Source: Basidiobolus meristosporus CBS 931.73 (lineage: Eukaryota > Fungi > Basidiobolomycota). From it: 55,616 bases of DNA. Position numbers and translations under genes: made by a program. The DNA is taken from assembly GCA_002104905.1 (NCBI GenBank), contig MCFE01000585.1, forward strand, positions 1-55,616. Reading direction: 5' to 3'. The notes below the pieces were generated by a model, which was not told where the DNA came from, searched no databases, and worked only from the letters and a program-made list of their open reading frames with translations. Numbering within the stretch: position 1 is the first letter of the stretch; each line of letters starts with the position of its first letter. Below, one piece after another: positions 13,001 through 25,800 of the stretch.

Positions 13001-14631
13001 CTCATCCTTAATCTTTAAGTTCTGGCTGAATGGCCAATTAGGCAATCGACTGCGAAATATAGTTTGAGCAAATTCCCATATGTGGCTTAGAGCATGAGCA
13101 TCCAAACCAACCAGCATTGGTCGCATACACGAAGAAACCCACACTCCAAAAGCTTATGCGGCTCATGATTTCTGATCGTGAATGATCAGATGACGCAGAG
13201 CGCCCATAACATCCTCCAACACCGATTTCTTCCTATTGATGGATCGATATGCGCTTGATGTTTCACCAGGCCTCTATTTAGCAATCCCCCCTTTGCCATG
13301 GAGAGTCTAGTGGGTGAAAATCTGGTAAGTCGTGCGAGATCGTATCATAACCATCTCTACTGCGAATTTAATATACAATGGCGATTTCATTGGATCAATC
13401 CATCAGCTTCCTGAAACGGATCTTTGATAACCATCACCTGACCATCCTAAATCAGCAGCAGCTAAGCATGATTGCGGTAGGGTTTTCATTCTTGTTGATA
13501 GCTCACGTTAGTCTTTTCAGATTGCATATTGTTTGGTGGAAAGTCGCCGCAATGATACATAGTTTACTACACCGTGTTTTTCCATCACACCACGGAATGC
13601 AGTTGGGTTTTTCGTGAAACATCCTTGGTTTGTAAAAAGAGCTACGATCTCCATGGAAGAGAATCCCTTTTACTCAAGTGTCTGGGATGGCCCTGAAGGT
13701 GTACCTGCTTCGGATAATTCATGCCTGAAACATGATCAGTATTCCAAAGAAACTAATTCCCTCAAAAGTCGACCATACCTGCTGCTGCCAAGAAATAGCC
13801 AAGTCGTAGCGGGTATAGCCATCTGCCATTCCTCCCGTCACCTTGGAATAATCTCGTTTGCTGGTGTTGCAGAGGTCAGTGACGGACTTGATACTACTGC
13901 ATAAGCACCCAACCTGAGTATTGTCTGTTGAAAGCCATAGCCTCAGCCATCGAAGGGTTGGTTTGAGCATTTGTCAACAATGAGTCAGGGTGAACTTCAA
14001 TCATGTGACTGATCATACGATATAGAAGCTTGATATCCTTCAGCAATCAAATCAAATCCCAGCATTGAGAACTAGGTAAGTGATCCAGAATTTCGATCAT
14101 ATCACATCCATATCAACCTATACGGTGGCGCTTCCCTTACGTGATGTTCAGTGGACTCTGGCTTAAGCATGAATGGAGTGCTGAAAAGTCACAACTACAC
14201 GCCAAATAGATACCACATATTGGACCGATCGACACAGCGTATCTCGATTGAAACATGGACTGACATCCATGTCGCATACCCTGATACATCGAGAGAATGG
14301 TATAAAACAGCCAAGAGCGGGTATCCAATGAGCAAGAGGGACGCTATCAACTGACGAATGCTCAAATTGACTTGGATAGTGGACATCACTAAGGGTGTTT
14401 TACGGGTGCAAAAACTCCATCTAATGCGAGTCAATCCGCATCAGAATGTAGTATTGTGGCTAATGATTCCGAGGAGTAGGTTCTGGGGCAGTCAACTGAG
14501 GGTTTGTTGATTATCTTAATCATGAAAACTTTCAATAAGCAATATTTTAACTAATCAGAATGTTTAGATGATCTAAACCAAACACAATATTGCAAATTTG
14601 CATGGACCGACGAAGGTTCAACATTTCCAAA

Positions 14632-15436
14632 ATGGTAAGTTTCCTGCCGCAGATTCCGTGGTCCTCCGATGGATGCTAGCATTTCTTTATGGATTCGGAA
14701 CCGAGCATCCCATTAACGATTATATAGGTTCGTGGACCTAGGAGGCATCTGAAGCGTCTTAATGCACACAAGCATTGGATGGTGGATAAGCTCACTGGTA
14801 CATACGCAGCTAGACCCTCTGCGGCCTCCACAAACCAAGAGAATCCCTTACTTTGGTCATTTTCTTGAGAAATAGATTGAAGCATGCTCTTACCAAGAAG
14901 GAGGTTCAGAGCATTTTGATGCAACGCCTTGTAAAGGTTGACGGTAAAGTTCGCACCGATACCACCTACCCCTCTGGTTTCATGGATGTTATCTCCATCG
15001 ACACAAAGTCAAGAAAGTACAGATTGGGGCGAAAGGCAACCTCTTTGTGATCACCCACGATAGCTGCACCCTTCGTTACCCCGACTCACTAGTCAAAGCC
15101 AACGACACCGTCAAACTCGACCTCGAAACTGGGAAAATGGCCGATTTCATCAAGTTTGATATTGGCGATGTTGCCATAATTACTTGTGGTCGAAACATGG
15201 ATTGTGTCAGAGTCATCACTCACCGTGAAAAGCATCATGGTGGCTTTGATATCGTGCACGTCAAGGATGCCCTGGACCATTAATTCGCTACTCGTTTGTC
15301 CAATGTGTTTGTCGTTGGTGAAAGCAATAGGCCCTGGATTAGTTTACCAAAGAATATGGGTGTCAAGCTCACTATTGCCGAGGAGCGTGATTGTAGAAGA
15401 GAGCGGCGGCTAGCTGTTTCCGCCCAAGCAAATTAA
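14632..15436 (+). pseudogene. RPS4: 40S ribosomal protein S4 (eS4) unprocessed pseudogene
   Basis: ATG|GTAAGT intron (14635-14727) then [18 protein letters not shown]..., LRNRLKHAL...[24 protein letters not shown]...[22 protein letters not shown]. Disabled by frameshifts, an internal deletion near 15008 and an in-frame TAA at 15281-15283. Confidence 0.93.
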
Positions 15437-15608
15437 TTAATTACATTAATGTTTCGATAATATTGATTCTCCGCAATAAAATAATTTAGTCAATATCAGT
15501 CATTTGCACCGCAATCCCATATGATCGCACAGCCATCGAAGGGTTTTGGTGAAATCGATGAATATTTTGTTGATGTTGCAAGGTGTCTGATCATCATTTC
15601 TTGCTTCT

Positions 15609-17111
15609 ATGTGTGACACTTTTTCATATCAACTTCCCACTGGTGGTGAGAGAAGTATTCTTAATGTATTCGACTTCGACAATACGCTATTCCGCTCGCC
15701 AACACCTAATCCAAAGCTATGGGAGTCCTCTCTAATCGGCCCCTTGACCGCTTTTCAGCAAGTAAACAATGGTTGGTGGCATGATCTGCGGAGTTTGCAA
15801 CTGGGCGAGGAAGTAGAGAAACAAGGCTGGAAGGATTGGTGGATTGAGCCTATTGTCGGTATTTATTTGCTTGAAAAACGAGTTTCCCTAACTAAGCGGT
15901 TAATTCACTCATAGGTTGACAAAGTTCGGCAGTCAATGAGCGAACCTCACAATTTCACAGTTCTGTTAACCGGAAGAGTGAAAGACATATTTGAGCAACA
16001 GATCTTATCTATGGTAACTTCCAAAGGTCTATCGTTTGATTTGGTCATTCTGAAGCCACCTATCAACTACGAATCTGTACGGTTAACTGGTGAAGAGACC
16101 CATTCTACCACCAGCTTCAAAAAGTCTGTGATTGAGAACATTGTTGAACAGAACCCCAGCATAAAGGAAGTGTACATGTGGGAGGATCGACCGGCCCATG
16201 TTCTGAAATTCCAAGCAGCTATATCTGAACTGCTTGCTAGCGGAAGAATCGAAAATGGTGCGGTAATACAGGTCATAGAGCCTCCATCGCATATGCCCGA
16301 AGCTATTGAAAAAAGTCGAGTGTCTGAGATGGTGAAGGAGCACAACGAATTTGTAGACAGATGGTTCAAGCTATACGGCGATAAGCGCCCACCAGCTAAA
16401 GAGCTGGTACCAAGAAAAATGGAGTTGATAACATTTGTAAAATACACCGGTGTATTCTTTTCCGAGGACAGCACCAATCTCTTGTTGAGTCAGCTCTCAC
16501 CTCCTTTCGGGGCAGAGGTCGACACATCGGGCTGGACGACTTCTGCAAACCATGTTACCATGTGCTTGCTAAGATGCTCGGAGTCGATGTTAGATGAATG
16601 TGGAGGTTTGGGAGCATCGGTTTTTGTGAAGATCGTGGCCGTTGGGCAATATAGAAATCGAATCTGGGCGCTAAAGGTAGTCGAGGCCACCATGGATGAT
16701 GTACGCTCGAACAACATACAGCTGCATGGCCAGGAGAATATCGGCCACTTGGTATCAACGAACCCGGTACCTCACATCACCATTGCATATGACCAAACGC
16801 AAGGTGCCAAGGCACTCGAGAGCAACCTGATCACTGACTGGCAGGAGCTACCGCCCAGCAAACAGTATGTGCTTCGAGGAGTCATTATGGAAAAGCTAAT
16901 TACAGGCGTCAAGAAACGACCACCTCCGCCCCCACCCCCAAAGGCTGCGGTAAGCCTTGGCGCCCTGATCAAGCAGCACCGACCAGAGCTCAAGGGGCCA
17001 GAAATCGGCAATCTGGTCAAGTATGTACAAACCCGCATGGTGGAATCCAACATTTTGAATTCCATAGAGAATTCCGAGGAAATCACCTCGTTAATCGTCA
17101 ATGCGCCCTGA
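15609..17111 (+). CDS. Swiss-Army-Knife-type HAD phosphatase fused to a 2H phosphoesterase (putative RNA end-healing enzyme); one intron, about 15855-15914
   Basis: HAD motif I VFDFDNTLF, motif II LLTGR and motif IV WEDR. The C-terminal half has two HxT motifs (NHVTM, PHITI). The intron joins WWIEPI to VDKVRQSM in frame, with a CTAAC branch site. Confidence 0.8.
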
Positions 17112-17219
17112 ATGCCCGCGGCGCCAACAAAGCTAATAAAGGCCATTCTTCGTTCTGATAGGAAGTCTTCGATTCTTTTATTTTATAGTGGATGAATATA
17201 GAACATACAGAAGCGATGC

Positions 17220-17743
17220 TTACAAACGACGACCACGGCGACCACCCTTTCTACGAGTGCTATCGGTGGGGATGGGGGTAACATCCTCAATACGGCCGAT
17301 TCTCATACCAGCTCTGGCCAAGGCACGGAGTGCAGATTGAGCACCAGGACCAGGGGTCTTGGGGCCGTTGCCACCGGTAGCACGGATCTTGATGTGAAGA
17401 GCAGTGATGCCGAGTTCCTTGCAACGGACAGCGACGTCTTGGGCGGCCAACATGGCGGCGTAAGGAGAAGACTCATCACGATCAGCCTTAACCTTCATAC
17501 CACCGGTGACACGAACCATGGTTTCGCGGCCGGTCAAATCAGTGACGTGGACGAAGGTGTCGTTGAAAGAGGCGAAGATGTGGGCAACGCCGAAGACAAG
17601 CTCGCCTTCGCGAACCTGGGGGCCAAGAGAAACGGTTTCCTGAGCCTTAGTGACTTTTCCGGCTTTCTTAGACTACACATAGAACATAGCGGTGAGTCGG
17701 AAGTGTGCTCGACCAAAGATTACCCGAACAACAAACATACCAT
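17220..17743 (-). CDS. RPS14: 40S ribosomal protein S14 (uS11); exons 17743-17741 and 17672-17220
   Basis: ATG|GTATGT...TGTAG intron, then [46 protein letters not shown]...[13 protein letters not shown] (151 aa). Confidence 0.98.
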
Positions 17744-18146
17744 TCTGAAATATGGACGGATGGAAGGTCAAGCCTGACGATGGATTCGGCCAAAAATGTA
17801 AGAGGAAGCAGGAATCGAGCAAATCCAGTGTTGTTAAGCAGTCGGCCAGATCTGCGACAGGGGACTCGTAAAAAAAGAAATCCAGAATCGCATCAGCATC
17901 AATCGCTGCAATGTTGGGCAATCGTGCTGATTTCAACTGGCTGGGCACACTTTGGTGTGGAGATGCCCGTTCACAGGCGTGAGGAGTTGTGATTGACGGA
18001 TCAGTGAAAAAATTTGATTTCTATCGGTCGATGGCTACCAGGGGTCGTTCGGAAATCCCAATCATGGTCGAATAAAATAAGTTAGCCAAGTGCAGGAAAC
18101 GTCCTTTTTCTCGTTACCGCCTAAGTCGCAGCACGGTCTATCCACA
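17744..18146. promoter_or_regulatory. Putative bidirectional promoter between RPS14 and RPS28
   Basis: About 400 bp separate two divergent start codons. It contains an RRPE-like TGAAAAAATTT at about 18005. Function is inferred from geometry. Confidence 0.6.
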
Positions 18147-18408
18147 ATGGTCAGTGTCTCATCCATTTACATACCACTAGCATGCCAGCCAAGTAACATC
18201 ATTGCAGGAAAAACAAGCCCCCGTTAAGCACGCCAAGGTTATCAAGGTTCTCGGCCGTACCGGCTCCCGTGGTGGTGTCACTCAAGTTCGTGTTGAATTC
18301 ATGGACGATACCTCTCGCTCTATCATCCGTAACGTCAAGGGCCCCGTCCGTGAAAACGACATCTTGGTTCTCATGGAATCCGAGCGTGAAGCCAGACGTC
18401 TTCGTTAA
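18147..18408 (+). CDS. RPS28: 40S ribosomal protein S28 (eS28); exons 18147-18149 and 18208-18408
   Basis: ATG|GTCAGT...TTGCAG intron, then [34 protein letters not shown]...EREARRLR. Confidence 0.98.
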
Positions 18409-18997
18409 GAAGCTACTTCATTTCGACTGAACAGGTCTTCTGAAGGCCTACACTGAAATACATGTCAATAAAAGTAACGGACGCCCTTTAGTGCTGTCTT
18501 CTACTTGAATCCCTAGTTTCTATTGCTTCGCCAGGCACCGGCTTGAGTTTTGGATGGATGGCGGGTGTGTTTAATAGACGATCGGGCAAACGCATGCCCA
18601 TGTTGTCGTTGGCAGCATGCCGATGGTAAGCGCAGCCAGTGGGAATAAGATTGTGCAGTGAGGTTGAATGCTTGCACCCGTACATCATTACACAATGAAT
18701 ACCATGTGTTCTCGTGATCCAACGTTAAATATAGGGTGAATGTGTGCTGGAATGATGAATGGCGAAGTCGTAATAATCAATGATCTAGATCAAATCGATG
18801 TTCAGAATAGTTTCATCTGACCAACCATAAATTCGCAGTCAAGCCAAAGCTAAATTAACAGTACATTTGATAAACGGTGGATTTAGCAAGAGTGAGAAAT
18901 ACTGCAATGCTATTAAGTTTCCACTCTAATAGCCCTCTTTAACCTTTATCTATACCAGCCCTACTTACTCTACATACTGCCATCTTGGTTGTTAGCA

Positions 18998-20831
18998 ATG
19001 AACTTAAGCCGCCCTTCTCCCTCCTCCTCTCCTACAGACGCACCTAATCTACTCTATGCTGGCTTCAATCAGGACTACGGTTGCTTTGCTGTTGGTTTGA
19101 AAAACGGGTTTCGCATCTACAACTGTGATCCACTGAAGGAAAAAATGAGAAAAGGTACGTATTAGTGGATCTTCTTCATTGAGTATTTCAGCGATAAACT
19201 ATTGGCCAGAATTTGACGATGGTGGCCTGGGGATTGTGGAGATGCTCTTTCGGTGTAATTACTTGGCCCTGGTTGGAGGCGGAAAGAATCCAAAATACTC
19301 ACCCAACAAAGTCATAATATGGGACGATTTGAAAGGGAAGGGGATAATCGAGCTGGAATTTCGCAGTGAGGTGAAAAATGTCAAACTTCGTAGAGACAGG
19401 TATTGACTCTCTTCAGGGGATGTCTGCGTTCCTCGCTAATACGTAGCTCAACAAATAGAATCGTTATCGTCCTGGGGAATAAAGTATTCGTGTATACTTT
19501 CAGCGCTTCGCCACAAAAGCTCCAAGTATATGAGACAACGGACAACGAGAAAGGTATTGCCAGTCTACTCGCTTCACGTATTCGTCGGTTCAGTTTCTCA
19601 CACCTGTTGCCAGGGTTGGCCGCATTATCGCCTAACCCCAACTCCTCCATCCTTGCTTTTCCTGGACGTCAACCTGGGTATGTGCAAATAGTGGATTTGA
19701 ACACTTTGGTTCCGACCACCATTTCGACCGTATTACCAGGATCCTCCGGTGGGCAATCTTCTCCCGGAAAGATGCATAATCCTTCGACTAACCATAGAAA
19801 TTCTGTATCCTCTCCTCATACGACACCCAACTTATCTAACAACCAGTCTGTTAAATTTGGATCCCCGAAGATCTCCAGGTCCTCTACTGCCACATCACAC
19901 AACACCACTACCAGCACTCTCACCTCCAATGTCAGTATCATTGCTGCGCATACAACTACTCTGAGCTGTTTAGCTATAAGCATGGACGGAACAAAAGTAG
20001 CCACTGCTAGTGTCAAGGTAATAGTAGCGTGCATGCATATTATAGCCACCCACCACAAAATACTCAAATCCTTTCCAGGGAACGTTGATCCGCGTTTTCG
20101 ACTCCTCGTCGGGAAAGCTGCTCAACGAGCTAAGACGAGGGTTTGACAGAGCAGAGATATACAGGTTGGGACAATCAAATTAGGCTCAGTCCTATCCATT
20201 ACTCATTGCGGTGTCACACGTGTAGCATTGCTTTCAGCCATGACGGGACTCGACTGTGTGTGTCATCGGACAAAGGAACCGTCCACATCTTCAACCTTGA
20301 GTTTGATTTTGACTCTATTGAAAAGGCCGAAGGCAACATATCACCATACTATGGGATGCTCAGTATTCGGTAAAGCTTGCAAGAGCGTATACTTATTTAC
20401 GAATGTAAGCATTTACTAATCCGCGACAACTGTAGAGATCCCATATCACATACTTCCTCCACTGGAAACCGATTGTCTAGGTAAGATGAGGATTTGTTGT
20501 ATTCACTGAGCCCAGGAAGTTAACAAAGACCTTTACCAGCCTCTCGTTCATGAAAGACCTACTTCCCAAATACTTCTCCTCTGAGTGGAGCTTCGCGCAT
20601 TTCCATGTTGCCACAGAAGGGCGTTGCATCTGCGGCTTTGGATCCGAGAAGAATACAATAATTGGTAAGGACAGAACGAGCCTCACCATGGCCAATCGAC
20701 TCTAATCCTTTCTTTTCACAGCTATTTGTGCTGATGGAAGCTGCTATAAATTCTCATTTGATCTTCGCAAGGGTGGAGAGTGTGTGCGAGAATCATACAT
20801 CAAATTCTTAAAGAGAATCGAGGAGGATTAG
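18998..20831 (+). CDS. HSV2: PROPPIN WD40 protein, Hsv2/WIPI3-4 (Atg18 family), about eight introns
   Basis: [59 protein letters not shown], the phosphoinositide-binding LRRG motif ([12 protein letters not shown]) and [10 protein letters not shown]. Exon boundaries in the 3' part are approximate. Confidence 0.9.
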
Positions 20832-22192
20832 TAATAAAGCCTATGTAAAGCAATCAGGATACACGTAGGATTCTTTCCGCGAAGGATGATAGGAGATTCC
20901 TAGTTGAGGGTAATCATAGAACCCACTGTACATTCATTTATGGTGGGTAATCGATGTGTTCCTACTCAAAAACTGGTGAGTTAAGCAAGGCACTAGTTGA
21001 TGCCAGAGTTGCCTCTTTTCTAAGAATATCTGCGAATCTCTTAGATACATGTTTCCTTGATTCTGGTGATGATAGGAAAGGTGCAAACCTCTGAGGCAGC
21101 AACTCAATCAAAATATGTTTAGCATGAAGCATACTTGCTACATGCCACAATAGAAACCAATCAATATATTCTGATTGGAGCTACCAACTAGAAAGATGCT
21201 TTCATAACACTGAAGTTTTCAGGGTTAAGAGAAGGTGGCAATATGCACTGAGGCTTCAATCTGAATGATCCCATATGTGCGATGTCACCTTTGGTATTAT
21301 CATATCATATTCTTTCTGAATTGCTGGCTAACAAGCACCAAGGTTTAAAATTGTGGTCTCTAAAAATATCCCACCTTCTGGAGATGTCATAAGACACACC
21401 AGGAATGGGCTCCATTCGTTAATTCTATCGAAATTTTCCATGCTTGAGTACCAACAAACTGCCCTATTGAACGACCATGTCAGATCAAAAAATCCATACG
21501 GTAGATGCTCCCATTGTCTGCAAGCAAGGGGATGTAAGCGGGACCTGAACAACACAAAGCTCTTATAGGCATAGCAAATGCACATGCAAAAGCTATCGCA
21601 TTGGGATTCACATGGCCACCTGGTAGCCTATCATTGTATGAGTCTGACGGTTTCCTAAAGATGGTCACCTGTCTCACCAAATAAATAGACCGAGACACAG
21701 TCTCAAACATATCAAACATGGGACCCAACTTCATTATTTCCATGAGCTCTGCCGGGATTTCTCGATCGGTCGGTAGTACGAAGTAGAGACAAGCCAACAC
21801 GTACGATGATTCAAAATGGAAATATTTTCTACCAGTGGACCATATAGTGTGTAGGGTTTATTTTGGGAGAACACTGACTTGTGATGGAGAGATTCCCAGC
21901 AGCGAATTCGTGCTAGCAAGGCTCGGGCCACGGAAATGCCAACCATGGTAGTAAGTGATGGAGAATGTGGTGTATATGTACAATCAAGCTCATTGGGAAA
22001 TTTCACTTCGACATGGCACAGCGAGAAAACCAATGCACTGATTAGAATTTATACAGGAAATGATCAAGATGGTTCAGACCGACTTCGTAGTAGAGCCCCA
22101 ATCTTAAAGAAATATGCCCACTTGGGTGACGAATGTTCAATCCAGTCAAGAGAAATGCTGGCTTGGGAGTATGGGCGGATCTATGGACTATC

Positions 22193-22810
22193 TTACAGAT
22201 TCTCGTAATATCGAGCCAAAACATAATAGGCATCTTGGTTGAGGCGCAAATAAGCCACATTGGCTAGGATACCGTCGAAGCTCTCCTCATTCATACTAGA
22301 CAACCATTTGTCATCATCATGCACATACAGCCATTCCAGTATAGCACCAAATGTAATCGAACATGGAACTTCTAGCTGCACGTAAAGTTTGTCCGATTCT
22401 TCATCTTTCTCAATCTTCCCCCTTTCCAACCAACCATGAAGCTCAGCAAACGGCGAAGAGGGCCTACGAGGGCGAGAGGTATTCAATAAACGAAACAGCA
22501 GGGGGCTCTCCTGTGAAAAATAGAAATCGTGAACCCAAAACGCATCCTTGTTTCCCTGCTTGTCGTAAATCTGGAGTCTCACATTGGTGGAGAATGAGTT
22601 GTTGAATAGAATCGAGCCCATCTGTCGAAGATGCTCGAGTATGTAAGCCTTCGGGATTGCTTCATTCTCCGAAGCACGGACAAAGCCTGGTGCCTCCGGG
22701 GTGTCCTCTATGGCGACCCATGAGACGATGGGTGGTAATGCTTGGCCCATACGACTCTTCATCGCAGGGGAGACATTTTTGTACTTGATGGAGTTCTGGA
22801 CAAGCGCCAT
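22193..22810 (-). CDS. Uncharacterised BTB/POZ-like protein (paralog 1)
   Basis: 205-aa intronless ORF with LFNNSFSTNV.L..., FWVHDFYFSQESPLL and LEVPCSITFGAILEWLY, a BTB-like pattern. Clear similarity to the ORF at 33651. Confidence 0.7.
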   Translation of the reverse strand: MALVQNSIKYKNVSPAMKSRMGQALPPIVSWVAIEDTPEAPGFVRASENEAIPKAYILEHLRQMGSILFNNSFSTNVRLQIYDKQGNKDAFWVHDFYFSQESPLLFRLLNTSRPRRPSSPFAELHGWLERGKIEKDEESDKLYVQLEVPCSITFGAILEWLYVHDDDKWLSSMNEESFDGILANVAYLRLNQDAYYVLARYYENL

Positions 22811-25800
22811 TATGGCAGAATATATTAGTAATTAAACGCTCAGAAAATAGGTGCGACTATGATCGAAGGGGTAATATACAGGCACGCGGTGGAAAAAGAA
22901 AGCGACAAGGTTGAGGAAGCACCGAAGGGAGACCAAGACCATTTATAGCAATAGCCATCCTGACCATGATTTCTACATCCTCGTAGTTCGGCGCTTTTGT
23001 ATTTGGCCAAAATAGATCTGTTTAGGTGACCCAGAATGTTTTCCTCATTCGAGACCTCGCTGCCCATGTAACCGTTTCCGTAAGTAAGATACGCATTGAA
23101 CCGGCTTTGATCCATCAGCTCCTTATTTTCTGATTCGCAATCTGGTAAATGAGGGTGATTCAAGTCAATCAATCAAGTCAGAGGGCTACATCTCACCTGA
23201 CCATTGGAATAAAAGGCAGCATTGGAATAGACGCAGCTGTCGGCTGCTTGAGCCAATAAAATGGCCGGAAGCAACCATTGTTCAAGCCATGCGCACCAGG
23301 AAATGGATTGGGCTTCGAGGTGGAGATGCGACTGGGCCGGGTACCAGAGGGCTTTCATCGGTATGCCGTCTTGGCCAGCGAAGCCGTCAGATGACTCACC
23401 GAGTCTAGCCTATGATTTTGGATGCAACCCTACTTTGAGCTATCAATTGAGTATGCTCCGAACCACGAGGATAATTCGAGTAGCCAATATCACCGACGAG
23501 GCCTGATGAGCTTGTTTGTCGGCTTCTCGCGGGTTGCCGACATTCCAAACGGTATAGTAAAACTCCATTGGCAGGGCCTTTCCTACAGGTGAATACCTGG
23601 CGTAGTTTCAAGTAGAACTTACTCATTTGAAATTGGCCAGTCACACCACCAGGTATGAACTATTGGCACCATTTCTTACTAAACTTAGCCCTAAAACGAG
23701 TATCTGCATAATTGCGCTAAGGTATAGATGCCAAGATTCATGTGGGTACCTAGACTACGGCCTATCTCAGCAGTATCCGGCATGCAGTCAACCCTGGTTG
23801 TTGAGATCACAGAAGGCATCCATCATTCCGAGGTGTGAATGCTAACAGACCTAACACTTAATGCTCCCTGGATCATTTGGAGAGTTTCGCCGCTTCTGCA
23901 CACTCCGTGCATTGTTACGTTGCATGAAGACTATTGCTGATTCAGTAGATCGGGCAGTGTGTGATTCGCACCACAGATGTATTGGTTGTGACTTTCATAC
24001 TCAGAGCTGCGCTGTACGCTGCGGTAAAGCGTAGCGCCAGCACCGTTATTTGAATGTCCCCGTATTGACTCATCTTTCCTTGTCATCGCCCAATCCAAAA
24101 CAAGCTATTCAGCGATATTGAACTTGCATGGCAATTAAGAAACGACACCAGTGTTGACCTTGTGAATTGTATCCTGAGTCAACTAGTACAAAATAGGAAG
24201 ACCCATGGCTCCAATTGGAAGCATACCTTCCAAACCATTAATAGAACAGCTCCGACATATTCATCAACATTAGGGTAAAAGGAATGCCTCGAATCCACCA
24301 AGATGGAGCCTGATGAATCAGCAAATAGAGTAGCTGCGATTGCAAGACCTTACAATAGCTATCCTTGCATATATCCAATTCGTCATGTGTTTGATCATCC
24401 TAACTATCCCTCAAATAGATGTCTGCACCTTGGATCCCAGCCAAGTCGAGTCGATGTTTGCCAGCCTAATCCAAATCCAGTAATATTGAAGCAATGGTTA
24501 TTCTGCTAACAACTCGATTCAATCTCCTGACTCGTGTCACAACCCATCAAGATGGTGAGGCTGGAAGTAAATAGCAAGGTAGCTACCACCCAGCATTCTT
24601 GGCATCCGTTGGTCAATGATTGCCTAGAAGAGCAGCCTTTAGTATGTCTGGTGCATGCCCCTTCTCACTTTGGCTGCAGATCAGTACTCCAAATGTACAT
24701 GCCAATGCTATTGGGGCACAGCACATACAGATGAATCACCTGGTGGCCGATTTGCAACCATATCCAGTGCAATGAATGGATTATGGCAAACGTTGAGAAT
24801 CCTAATCTCTGGATAAACCGATATTAGCACGTAATCGTCCAGTTGCATTAAACTTGCTCAAATCCCCTCACTCATTAACCATCGGTGGAACCAGCCACCG
24901 CAACTATTGGTGGATTCTCCTAATGCCCAAGTGAAACCACTTCGATATGTGCTAGTCCGCAATTGGTGTGATGTGGACCCAAGAAATTAGAGTTGGAATC
25001 GTCCGCCTTGATAAGACATGGATACCACAGCTCTGTAAAATGCAACTGATTCAAAATGTATTGTAATTCCCCCACGAGGCTTGATTGGATGATCGTATAT
25101 GTGGTCTCAGCTTACCTGAGTACCTCAAAGTATTGGATGAATACTTCAGCATGATTGTCGATGTACACACCGACTCACAACCAAACATTTGATGGAATCG
25201 TCAGTAGCATGTCTTTAGGTGAAAGCCATCAGATTGTCTACACTAATGGAGAAATCTCAGCTAATGAACACCCAGAATTTCATCTCGGCTGGAAGGATCA
25301 AGCTGAAAACCATCAGTGTGGAAAACACCCAACAAACTTCACGTAGTTGGTGACGCAGTAACTCTTTCTTAGGCGTGGGCTGACTGACTGAACCAATGCA
25401 TGTCTCTTGGCCTGGCATATCATTTGGGATTATCTTCAGCACTACACTACTCATGGAGCGGACCAATATAGACACTGAAAAAGAAAACTCAACAATCCAT
25501 TTTGGCCTATTGACTTGTGGATTTAGGATGGGTTAGCCAACCCTAACACTTGACTATTGACAAAGCTTGGGTGCTATCCCATTTAAAGAGCCGTATACCT
25601 TTTACAAGGTCTCCAGAATGATGGAACTTTCTTGACTTCATGTAGCGGGCGATCCATACATTCACTCATTCACTATGCCAACAACCAAACGTGATACTTT
25701 ATTTACTCTCACTGTTTTTCACAACTTTAGTCCAAACACCAGGTCATTCAATTGAGGAGCATACATATTTTAATGTCCCATACAAGCATATATGGAGTGT

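Noticed and set aside
16067-17777. Antisense ORFs over the HAD gene and RPS14 (e.g. 16067-16477, 17337-17777)
   Set aside because: These are shadow frames of real genes on the opposite strand.
21480-21800. ORF containing RLPGGHVNP, resembling the start of a Nudix box
   Set aside because: The REUXEE part of the Nudix signature is absent and the start is not ATG.
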